Below, one piece after another: positions 41,907 through 50,646 of a DNA stretch of 64,000 nt. Position numbers and translations under genes: made by a program. How positions within the stretch are numbered: position 1 is the stretch's first letter; the number at the start of each line of letters is the position of its first letter. The notes beneath the pieces were generated by a model. It saw nothing but the letters and a program-made list of their open reading frames with translations. It made no database searches and was not told where the DNA came from. The stretch comes from Candidatus Kapaibacterium sp. (GTDB lineage Bacteria > Bacteroidota > Ignavibacteria > Kapaibacteriales > UBA2268). The stretch spans positions 4,256,001 through 4,320,000 of the forward strand of contig OY762428.1 in the NCBI GenBank assembly GCA_963665665.1, in the 5' to 3' direction.

Positions 41907-43547
41907 TTATTTAACAAGAGCTATCACAACACCGAGAATACCGGTCAATTGCATCATAACGGTCATAACATCGGTAAATACAGTCCAGGCAGAAAAATCC
42001 GATTCCGGAGGAACCAATATATAATCTCCCGGTTCAATTACATAATCACCGGTTTCGGCATCAAACTGCCGGCCTTTGGATTTTACTATCATTGTTTCCC
42101 CCTCATCAGCCCTGTATCCGTAACCACCAGCCATTGAAATATAATCTATATAAGAGAATTTAGGGTTGAAGGGTATCAAACCGGGGTTATTCACTCTTCC
42201 CTGAACATTAACAAATATCTTTTTCTGCGGAACATATATTGAATCCATATCTTCCAAAACAATATCATCCTGGCAGCCGGGTTCTCTAATCACATTCCTG
42301 AAATCAATGGCCATAACACCTTTTTTCTCTAAAATTTTGGCCCGGTAGAATTTTAATTCGTCCTCCGACATTTCCGAGGATGGTATTCTGTGCAGCCTTT
42401 CCATCTCGGGGTCTTCCACTTTCGATTCCTTTTGCCTGATAAGGATTGCTGCTTCCGGGGATGCGTCATTGGTGAATCCGCCCGAACGCCTTAATACATC
42501 CGATATTTTTTCCTGATTTTTTTTCACTGCATAATAGCCGGGAAATATTACTTCTCCCATAATACATATTGTCTGCTTTTCTTCTGATTCTGATTTTTTC
42601 CTTATAAAAACCCTGTCCCCGGCCAATAATGGAATATCACCCGGCAGGTTTTTATTCTCGTATATATTTTCCCATTGCGAAATATCAACGTAGAAAGAAT
42701 GAATAGTTCCGGAACGGTCGAACCTTGCAATTTCCACAGAATCAAGTACAGCCTCGTTAGTCAGGCCCATTCCGAATTTGATCAACAAGGAAAGGGAATC
42801 TCCGTCAACATATTCAAATTCCTCGGGCATAGATACTTCGCCAAAAATCTCAATCGACCTGTCCTCGTCTTCCTGGGGCACAATAATAATATCCCCGCCA
42901 AGAACTGTGGGATTGTCATCTTCAATTCCTGCACGGAAATAACTTACAAGATCCACCTTGATTCTTTGATTGGATGAACTTCGGAGAAGAATGATATTTC
43001 TGAGCGATGCTTCCAGTTTCATACCACCGGCTTTTTCAATAACTTCCGATACTCTGTCGGCAGCAGTAGCTGCAACGATAGCCTGCTTTCTCACAGCGCC
43101 GTTCACGGTTACTTTAAATCTTCTTAAATCGGCAAGAGTCAGGTCAATTTCCGATGTATTTATCACTTTGCCGACTTTTTCCCGAACAAGTTCTTTTGCT
43201 TCACTAAGTGTTTTGCCCTTCAGGTTAACAGCACCAACGGAAGGTATCATCAGAATACCCTCGGGTGATATCGGTATATCCTCTGTTTCTGGTTCGACCC
43301 CTACATAAGTAAGGTTTAGAATATCACCGGGCCCTAATACATATTTGTCGGGATCAATCTCTTTTTCAAGAAGCCCCTTTGTCTCCTTGATAATCCTGTT
43401 CGATGCCTCGAGAGCCAAAGTATCAACTTCTCCTTTTCTGGCACCCTTGAAATAATCAAATTCATCTTCCGCTTTCAGGGTGAATCCGGCAGCTGATAAA
43501 AATCCCAAAATTAAAATCGAAATAAAGACAGATTTTCTCAGGTTCAT
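41907..43547 (-). CDS. SLBB-repeat polysaccharide export protein (Wza/KpsD-like)
   Basis: YVLGPGD, PEG...IPSVG, several V.G.V..PG and AGG SLBB repeats. Confidence 0.88.
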   Translation of the reverse strand: MNLRKSVFISILILGFLSAAGFTLKAEDEFDYFKGARKGEVDTLALEASNRIIKETKGLLEKEIDPDKYVLGPGDILNLTYVGVEPETEDIPISPEGILMIPSVGAVNLKGKTLSEAKELVREKVGKVINTSEIDLTLADLRRFKVTVNGAVRKQAIVAATAADRVSEVIEKAGGMKLEASLRNIILLRSSSNQRIKVDLVSYFRAGIEDDNPTVLGGDIIIVPQEDEDRSIEIFGEVSMPEEFEYVDGDSLSLLIKFGMGLTNEAVLDSVEIARFDRSGTIHSFYVDISQWENIYENKNLPGDIPLLAGDRVFIRKKSESEEKQTICIMGEVIFPGYYAVKKNQEKISDVLRRSGGFTNDASPEAAILIRQKESKVEDPEMERLHRIPSSEMSEDELKFYRAKILEKKGVMAIDFRNVIREPGCQDDIVLEDMDSIYVPQKKIFVNVQGRVNNPGLIPFNPKFSYIDYISMAGGYGYRADEGETMIVKSKGRQFDAETGDYVIEPGDYILVPPESDFSAWTVFTDVMTVMMQLTGILGVVIALVK

Positions 43548-43772
43548 AAACAATTTTCTTTTCTTTGTACATATACCAGTCATAATTTACAAAGATATGA
43601 AATTCATTTGATATTTACTGATTGAAAACAGGTTAACACGCAGGTAAAATCCTTTGCTGAGTAGATACATTAAATATTTCATGTATACAGAGAGTATTGA
43701 TAACAAATATTTTTGCTTTTGTCAGGATAATCAATATTTTGCAATAGTAATAATTATTCAATGTTTGTTGTT

Positions 43773-44252
43773 ATGATAAAAAAAGCAGTTTATCCCGGAA
43801 CATTCGACCCCATCACACTGGGTCACATAGACGTTATTCAAAGGGCATCAGAAATGTTCGATGAGGTGATTGTATTGATTGCTGTTAATTCAAAGAAAAA
43901 AACGCTTTTCAGTGAGGAAGAAAGGCTTCAGTTAGCAAAGGATTCATTGAGAGAAATACCTAATGCCAGTGCCATTATTACTCACGGTCTGACTGTGGAT
44001 AGTGCGCACGAACACGGCGCTGTTGCTATTGTAAGGGGGGTTAGGGCATTATCTGATTTTGATTATGAATTCCAGATTGCACTAATGAACCGCAAATTAT
44101 CTCCTGAAATCCATACAGTATTCCTGATGCCGCATGAAAAATATACATACCTGAATTCGAGCATAATAAGGGAATTATCAAGTTATAAGCAGGATGTTTC
44201 AGAATTCGTTCCGGACAATGTAGCAAAAGCTTTAGCGAAAAAATTTTTATAA
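43773..44252 (+). CDS. coaD: Pantetheine-phosphate adenylyltransferase
   Basis: YPGTFDPITLGH, RGVRALSDFDYE, NRKL, SSIIRE. Confidence 0.97.
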   Translation: MIKKAVYPGTFDPITLGHIDVIQRASEMFDEVIVLIAVNSKKKTLFSEEERLQLAKDSLREIPNASAIITHGLTVDSAHEHGAVAIVRGVRALSDFDYEFQIALMNRKLSPEIHTVFLMPHEKYTYLNSSIIRELSSYKQDVSEFVPDNVAKALAKKFL

Positions 44253-44338
44253 AAAGCTAAAATATTTATCATGCGGATTTCGTAATTTATAAAGGTTGAA
44301 TTATTTAATATTTTGTAATTAAATTAATATACCGAATA

Positions 44339-45385
44339 TTGGCAGACAGAACGGAAATAGAACTTAGCGAAAGAGAAAAGAACATACTGCAATCATTGAT
44401 TCACATGTATGTGTTGAAGGCATCTCCAATTGGCTCAAGATTGCTTTCCAAACATCTTGAAACGGGAAGGCAGCTTAGCGCCGCAACTATTAGAAATGTA
44501 ATGTCAGACCTTGAAGAAATGAATTTTATAACACATCCGCATACTTCTGCCGGCAGAATACCAACTGACAAGGGATACAGATTCTATGTGAACAGCCTGA
44601 TGAAACTTGAAGGACTTTCAGAGCAAGACATGAACATCTTACGTCAGAATCTTCTACAGGCTCATCCTTCGGGTGTACTAAAGGATGCTTCAAAGATTCT
44701 TGGTATGCTCTCAAGGCATTTAAGCATTGTTGAAATTCCCAACCTTAAAGATCTTGTTGTTGAGAAAATAGACATTGTTTCACTGAGTTCAAAAAGAATA
44801 CTCGTTGTAATAGCGTTGGATTCAGACAATGTAAGAACGGTAACACTGGAAGCAGATTTTGATATCGACATTGGATACCTTAGTGAAATTACATCATATA
44901 TAAATGAAAAGATCAGCGGAAGGCCCCTGCGATTCCTGCGTGAAAATTTTCATGAGATGATAAGCGATTTCGATTTACAGGATATGCCTCTGGTAAGGCT
45001 TTTTGTTGATTCGGTTGAAAAGATTTTTCGAAATGAAATAAAAACGGACAGAATACTGATAAACGGAACAGCCAACCTTCTTAACTATCCTGAATTTGAA
45101 AACCCGGACAGGGTCAGGTCTGTTATTGAAATAATTGAGAATGAGGATATTATCATCCACATGCTGGATAAACTTGAAAACTCATCATCGGAAACACAGG
45201 TTTTAATCGGCAGCGAGCTGGATAATTCTGAACTTGATGATTACAGTCTGATCGTTTCTTCATACAAGCTTGGGCCTGCTAATGCTGCAATCGGTTTAAT
45301 AGGCCCTAAAAGGATGAACTATTCAAGAATGATATCTATTGTTGAAGCTGTTTCGGAAGCCCTTACAAGCGCATATCACAAATAA
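44339..45385 (+). CDS. hrcA: Heat-inducible transcription repressor HrcA
   Basis: PIGSR, LSAATIRNVMSDLEE, PHTSAGRIPTDKGYRFYV, IGPKRMNY. Confidence 0.96.
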   Translation: MADRTEIELSEREKNILQSLIHMYVLKASPIGSRLLSKHLETGRQLSAATIRNVMSDLEEMNFITHPHTSAGRIPTDKGYRFYVNSLMKLEGLSEQDMNILRQNLLQAHPSGVLKDASKILGMLSRHLSIVEIPNLKDLVVEKIDIVSLSSKRILVVIALDSDNVRTVTLEADFDIDIGYLSEITSYINEKISGRPLRFLRENFHEMISDFDLQDMPLVRLFVDSVEKIFRNEIKTDRILINGTANLLNYPEFENPDRVRSVIEIIENEDIIIHMLDKLENSSSETQVLIGSELDNSELDDYSLIVSSYKLGPANAAIGLIGPKRMNYSRMISIVEAVSEALTSAYHK

Positions 45386-45472
45386 ATCATTAAATCAATT
45401 TTGTATTGCATAATAATAAGCATTTGATTATATTAATGCCTATTGGTTTATATTATTTTACGGAGTTATAAA

Positions 45473-46123
45473 ATGAAAAAGTTCGCTTTACTTAGTATTT
45501 TCTTAATACTCCCCATTTTCTTAGCGTCTTGCGATAATGATTGCCCTGTGGATAATCATCAGGACACATACTCCATGGTAAGTGTTGAAGAGCTATCAAT
45601 TCTGGAAGCTGATCTTTCATCTGACATAACAGAGTCAGAAGAATTTAACTTTGAACAGGAATATGATTTCGAGGCAGAAAACTTTGCAAATACCAGGTTT
45701 ATCCCCCTGAATGAAATCCTGAGGAAACTTGAACTGACAGACCGCCAGCTTCCGGCAGTAAAAAGATACCTTCAGGCAAATCAGGATTGTGTAAGATCAA
45801 TTCTCATGCGACTTTCTCTGGCACAAAGAACCCTTTTTGCTGATTATCGATCCCGATACCAGAGAATTTTGCAGGCAGTGAATAATGGCACAATGACACG
45901 CGCCCAGGCTGCACGCCATATAAATCAATTGCGCCAGGAACTGCGCAGGAAAATGATGGAATTGCGGTACAAGGCCTGTGTTGCTATTTCAGATTGCAGA
46001 AATGAATTACTCAGAAATATATATTCGATCCTTAATGAAGAACAGAAAGCAATGTTTGAACGCTGGCTGAATTCTCTTTCGAAATTTGATTGTGGCAGAC
46101 CAGCTGATAATGGCAGAAGTTAA
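45473..46123 (+). CDS. Helical lipoprotein (Spy/CpxP-like LT..Q motifs)
   Basis: Lipobox LASC; L.LTDRQ and ILNEEQK motifs; SD ggag. Confidence 0.6.
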   Translation: MKKFALLSIFLILPIFLASCDNDCPVDNHQDTYSMVSVEELSILEADLSSDITESEEFNFEQEYDFEAENFANTRFIPLNEILRKLELTDRQLPAVKRYLQANQDCVRSILMRLSLAQRTLFADYRSRYQRILQAVNNGTMTRAQAARHINQLRQELRRKMMELRYKACVAISDCRNELLRNIYSILNEEQKAMFERWLNSLSKFDCGRPADNGRS

Positions 46124-46262
46124 TAGTTGAATATACGTATTTCATTACTGGCAGTACCCCTGAATTATTTTTGAGAAATATTCTGCAAGCAATATGCGGG
46201 ATATTTATCATCAGAATATCCCGGGGCTAATCGGATATAAAATTTAACTTAAACATGTTTTC

Positions 46263-46300
46263 AAAAGTTCCTTTCGATAACCGGAGGGGGCTTTTTTTTT
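46263..46300 (+). terminator. Intrinsic terminator
   Basis: GU-rich stem aagttcctttcg/cggagggggctt running into T9. Confidence 0.6.
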
Positions 46301-46391
46301 GACAATAATTTGACAGAATTTTTAGAAAATAATGACAAATCCCGATAGAGCCATGATTAAATTCAACCTAAAATTAATCATGGAGTCTGAA

Positions 46392-46994
46392 ATGAAAAAC
46401 AGGAAATATCTTTTAATATTCACGATCATATTAATTCTGTCAACAGAAAATATTATAGCTGATAAAGATGAGTATAATGAATTGATTATTGATACCGGAT
46501 ACACTTTTCTGGTTGACGGTAATGAGAGAGAGGGGTATCGTCCGATTAGTGGTGGTAGTAATATCAATATCGGCTTCAGTTATTCGATTTGGCCCGTGAA
46601 ATTCTTTTTTTCGACGGGTGTTCAATGGAATAGATATAATATGGAATTCGATTTTAATGAAGACGGAACAAATAGAATATCACATTCTACAAAATATCCA
46701 TTTCTGATAGGTATCAGTTTCATTTTTCCGAAACCTGAAAGCATGAAACCATATATTTCAATCGGAGCAGGAACACTGATGAAAAGTAGTACAGGTAACT
46801 ATATTCACCTACCCAAAATTCAATTTCTAATAAATACAAGAACAGGACTGCTGATAAATATCGGAAAAAACTGGGCACTTGATTTATCATATTCAAAATA
46901 TCTGGGGTATGACACAAAACTATTTTCAAGCCCGGGAAAACAGCTGGAAATTGATATAAATACTGCAAGTTTCGGAATCAGGTATCAATTTTAA
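46392..46994 (+). CDS. Small outer-membrane beta-barrel protein
   Basis: Signal peptide, KPYISIGAG, ends FGIRYQF. Confidence 0.75.
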   Translation: MKNRKYLLIFTIILILSTENIIADKDEYNELIIDTGYTFLVDGNEREGYRPISGGSNINIGFSYSIWPVKFFFSTGVQWNRYNMEFDFNEDGTNRISHSTKYPFLIGISFIFPKPESMKPYISIGAGTLMKSSTGNYIHLPKIQFLINTRTGLLINIGKNWALDLSYSKYLGYDTKLFSSPGKQLEIDINTASFGIRYQF

Positions 46995-47656
46995 TCTGAT
47001 AGACCGAACTCATTATAGATTTTTTCTTTAAGAATCAGTTTAACTTCTTCAAAATTGTGTTTTTCACCGATTTCATTTTCAAGTGATGTTACTCCTTTGT
47101 CCGTGAACCCGCATGGGTTGATATAATCAAAATATTTAATATCAGTATTTACATTGATAGCAAAACCGTGCATTGTGCATTTTCTTGATGCTTTTACACC
47201 TATAGCGCAAATTTTTCTCTCGCCTTTTTCATCGTTTAGCCAAACTCCGGTTGCACCATCCAGCCTGCCTGCTACAATACCATAGTGATTTAGGGTATTG
47301 ATAACAGATTGCTCAACTTTATATATATATTCTTTGATTGACAATCCCTGAATATCGAGGTCAAAAATCGGGTATCCTACAATTTGGCCAGGGCCGTGGT
47401 AAGTAATATCTCCTCCCCTGTCAATCCTGTAAAATGTGGCATCAATAGATTTCAAAAATACCTCTGTCATAAGCATATTGCTGTCATCGCCGTTCTTTCC
47501 AAGTGTATAAACATGCGGGTGCTCACAAAAAAGAAGGAATTGGCTTCCATTCTGCTTTTGTTTCTTTGCTTCAACAAGTTTTCCGAATATATCTGCCTGA
47601 TAATCCCAAGCTTTTTTATAGTCAATTAATCCGAGGTCTTCAAATTTAATTTTCAT
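46991..47656 (-). CDS. lipB: Octanoyltransferase LipB
   Basis: CEHPHVYTLG, RGGDITYHGPGQIVGYP, KICAIG, MHGFAINV, INPCG. Confidence 0.97.
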   Translation of the reverse strand: MKIKFEDLGLIDYKKAWDYQADIFGKLVEAKKQKQNGSQFLLFCEHPHVYTLGKNGDDSNMLMTEVFLKSIDATFYRIDRGGDITYHGPGQIVGYPIFDLDIQGLSIKEYIYKVEQSVINTLNHYGIVAGRLDGATGVWLNDEKGERKICAIGVKASRKCTMHGFAINVNTDIKYFDYINPCGFTDKGVTSLENEIGEKHNFEEVKLILKEKIYNEFGLSD

Positions 47657-47670
47657 CTTTTTTCCTGATT

Positions 47671-48519
47671 TTATTTCTCAACATGTTTCTCCGCGTGAAA
47701 ACTTGACCTTACAAGCGGTGAACTTTCCACGTGCCTGAAGCCTTTATTTAGTCCGATTTTTCTATATTCTTCAAATTTTTCCGGGCTGACAAATTCCTGA
47801 ACCCGGATATCATTCTTTGTCGGCTGAAGATATTGCCCCAAAGTAAAAATCTTGCATCCAACATATATCAGATCATCCATTGTTGAAATAATTTCTTCTT
47901 CAGTCTCACCCAATCCGAGCATTATTCCTGATTTTGAAGTAATACCCGATTTGGAAATATATTCAATCACTTCAAGGCTTCTGCCATATTTAGCTTTTGA
48001 TCGAACAACAGGAGTAAGTCTCTCCACAGTTTCAAGGTTGTGGGAAATTACTTCGGGATTCGCATTGATTACTTTTTGAATCAGTTCTGTTTTTCCATTG
48101 AAATCTGGTATAAGAGCTTCTATGGTTGTATCGGGATTTAGTTCCTTAATTCTGATAATTGTTTCAGCCCATTGTTCAGCACCATAATCCGGCAGATCAT
48201 CTCTGTCCACAGATGTAAGTACGCAATGTTTCAGTTCAAGAATCTGAACGGACTTTGCAATATTCATTGGTTCATCATAGTCTGGCGGCAGAGGCCTTCC
48301 TGATTTTGTAGCACAAAACGCACAGGTTCTTGTACAAATATCACCAAGTATCATAAAAGTTGCTGTACCACGACCCCAGCAGTCAGCAACATTCGGGCAT
48401 TTTCCACTCGTGCAAATTGTGTTCAGCTTATATTTATCTATAAGGTTTTTCACCTGCCTGTAGTTTTTTCCCTGTGGAAGTTTAATTTTCAGCCAATCCG
48501 GTTTTCTTCTTATTTCCAT
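47671..48519 (-). CDS. lipA: Lipoyl synthase LipA
   Basis: KPDWLK, CTSGKCPNVADCW, CTRTCAFC, TSVDRDDL, HNLETV, PLVRSSFHA. Confidence 0.97.
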   Translation of the reverse strand: MEIRRKPDWLKIKLPQGKNYRQVKNLIDKYKLNTICTSGKCPNVADCWGRGTATFMILGDICTRTCAFCATKSGRPLPPDYDEPMNIAKSVQILELKHCVLTSVDRDDLPDYGAEQWAETIIRIKELNPDTTIEALIPDFNGKTELIQKVINANPEVISHNLETVERLTPVVRSKAKYGRSLEVIEYISKSGITSKSGIMLGLGETEEEIISTMDDLIYVGCKIFTLGQYLQPTKNDIRVQEFVSPEKFEEYRKIGLNKGFRHVESSPLVRSSFHAEKHVEK

Positions 48520-48736
48520 CCTTTTTCCAAATATCTTTTTTCATGAAAACGAAATTATCGAAATTATTTTTCACGGCAAAACATTTAGTGAATTAGCCAT
48601 TTGTGATTTTTGATTTTTTAACCCTGCTGATTAGTAGATTAATTCTATGGCAGAACTTGTTACAATCTTTCCTTTTTTTTGTAATATCTAATATTTATAT
48701 TCGTTTTGTTTGTATAAAACAACCTTGGAGAAAGAA

Positions 48737-49708
48737 ATGGCAGATGGAGAAAGATATATAAACCCGTTTACTGATTTTGGATTTAAAAAAATATTCGGAA
48801 GCGAACCCAATAAGGATTTATTGAAGTCCTTCCTGAACGCCCTCCTTTACGAACAGGAAGGTGAAATTGTAGAGCTAAACTACTCACCCACGGAACAAAT
48901 CGGGATAAACAACGACGCTCGTTCCGCTGTTTTCGATATTCTTTGCACCAACGAGAAAGGCGAACAATTTATCGTTGAAATGCAAAAATCAAAACAGGCA
49001 TATTTTAAAGAGCGCTCTGTGTTTTATGCTACATTCCCCATTCATAACCAGGCTAAGCAGGGAGCAGAGTGGAAGTTTGATCTGAAAGCCGTTTACATGA
49101 TAGCAATTCTTGGTTTTGAGTTTGACGAAAATAAGGAAAACCCCGATAAAATGCGATATGACGTAAAACTCGTTGAACTGGAAACTAACAAGATTTGGTA
49201 TGATAAGCTTACCCTTATTTACCTGGAAATGCCGAAATTCAAAAAGGAGCTTCACGAGCTTAAAAATGAATATGAAAAATGGCTGTACGTTATTAAAAAC
49301 CTTCATCGGCTGGACAGGCTTCCTGACGAACTGAGAACAAAGGTTTTCGAGAAATTTTTCGAAATTGCCGAGATTTCCAAATTATCACATGAAGAGTGGT
49401 ATCGATACCAACGCAGTATGAATGCTTACCGCGATATTACAAATACCATTGATTACGCAAAAAAAGAAGGTTTTGATAATGGATATGGCAAAGGTTATCA
49501 GGAAGCAACAAGCGTAAAGCAGAAAGAAGTTGAAGCTAAGCAAAGGGAACTACTTAAGGAACAGAAAGAACGTAAAAGTGACCAGGAAAGAGCAATTGTC
49601 AATCTGCTAAATGCTGGGATGAGTAATGAACAAATCGCAAAAATACTATCAGTTAGTATGGAGCAAATACAGGAAATATTACACAAAAAGAATAAAACTG
49701 ATATATAG
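48737..49708 (+). CDS. Rpn-family / PD-(D/E)XK_2 nuclease (putative transposase)
   Basis: YINPFTDFGFKKIFG, FDI.C.....FIVEMQ, YLEMPKF, W.Y.IKN; C-terminal EG..G repeats and HTH-like tail. Confidence 0.9.
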   Translation: MADGERYINPFTDFGFKKIFGSEPNKDLLKSFLNALLYEQEGEIVELNYSPTEQIGINNDARSAVFDILCTNEKGEQFIVEMQKSKQAYFKERSVFYATFPIHNQAKQGAEWKFDLKAVYMIAILGFEFDENKENPDKMRYDVKLVELETNKIWYDKLTLIYLEMPKFKKELHELKNEYEKWLYVIKNLHRLDRLPDELRTKVFEKFFEIAEISKLSHEEWYRYQRSMNAYRDITNTIDYAKKEGFDNGYGKGYQEATSVKQKEVEAKQRELLKEQKERKSDQERAIVNLLNAGMSNEQIAKILSVSMEQIQEILHKKNKTDI

Positions 49709-49774
49709 TTGATAATTTTTCAAAATAAAACTTTTATATAAAATCAATTATTAAAAGATATAAAAATTATTTTA

Positions 49775-50503
49775 ATGTTGATAAACCCATTAACTGCAAC
49801 CGGATTTCTAAACAGGACATTTCTTGATTTCCTGGATCCACCGCAATGTATGATATGCGAAGGAATATTAGACACCCGAGAAGGAATTACTAAATACATC
49901 TGCAAAAAATGTTTGAATTCCATTCACCTTGCACCTGACAGCAGGGAAATTATGGCCTATCTTATGCATAGTATTCCTGCCGACCTGATGGCAATTTCCA
50001 ATATTTTTAGCTTGTTCAGCGTTCGAGAAGACAGCCGTTTTATGGAACTGATATACTCGGCTAAGTATTATAACATTCCTGATATTGGATTCGAACTCGG
50101 TAAACTTCTTGCCGGTAGAATTCAGGATAAAGGCAACCCAAAATATGATTTTATCGTACCGGTTCCCATCCATCACGCACGAAATCGCGAAAGGGGTTAT
50201 AATCAGTCGGATTATATTGCTGAAGGACTGTCAGACATATTGAAATTTCCTGTGAACAAAAAAATACTAAAGAGAAAAAAATATACGGTTTCCCAAACAA
50301 AACTATCTGCTGAACAAAGAAAAACAAATCTGAAAAAAGCCTTTTGCACTGGAAAAGAAATTCAGAAAGTTGTAAATAAATCGATCCTGATTTGCGATGA
50401 TGTAATTACTACTGCATCAACTTTAAATACTTGTGCAATGATGCTGTTGGAATCCGGAGCAAGAATAATTGATGCTGCCGCTCCTGCCTATGCAGGAAAA
50501 TAA
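49775..50503 (+). CDS. ComF-family amidophosphoribosyltransferase-like protein
   Basis: CxxC..CxxC zinc ribbon, VPVPIH..R.RERGYNQS, DDVITT. Confidence 0.9.
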   Translation: MLINPLTATGFLNRTFLDFLDPPQCMICEGILDTREGITKYICKKCLNSIHLAPDSREIMAYLMHSIPADLMAISNIFSLFSVREDSRFMELIYSAKYYNIPDIGFELGKLLAGRIQDKGNPKYDFIVPVPIHHARNRERGYNQSDYIAEGLSDILKFPVNKKILKRKKYTVSQTKLSAEQRKTNLKKAFCTGKEIQKVVNKSILICDDVITTASTLNTCAMMLLESGARIIDAAAPAYAGK

Positions 50504-50646
50504 ATATTAAATTTGTATTAATATTATGTAATCTTTTTCTCATTAATCTGTTTTAATATTCAAACAGGTACAGTTCATTAACCCGGGGATATGAACTTTT
50601 TCCAAACCGTTTCTCAACACAACCACTAATTTTACAGGAGGCGGGC

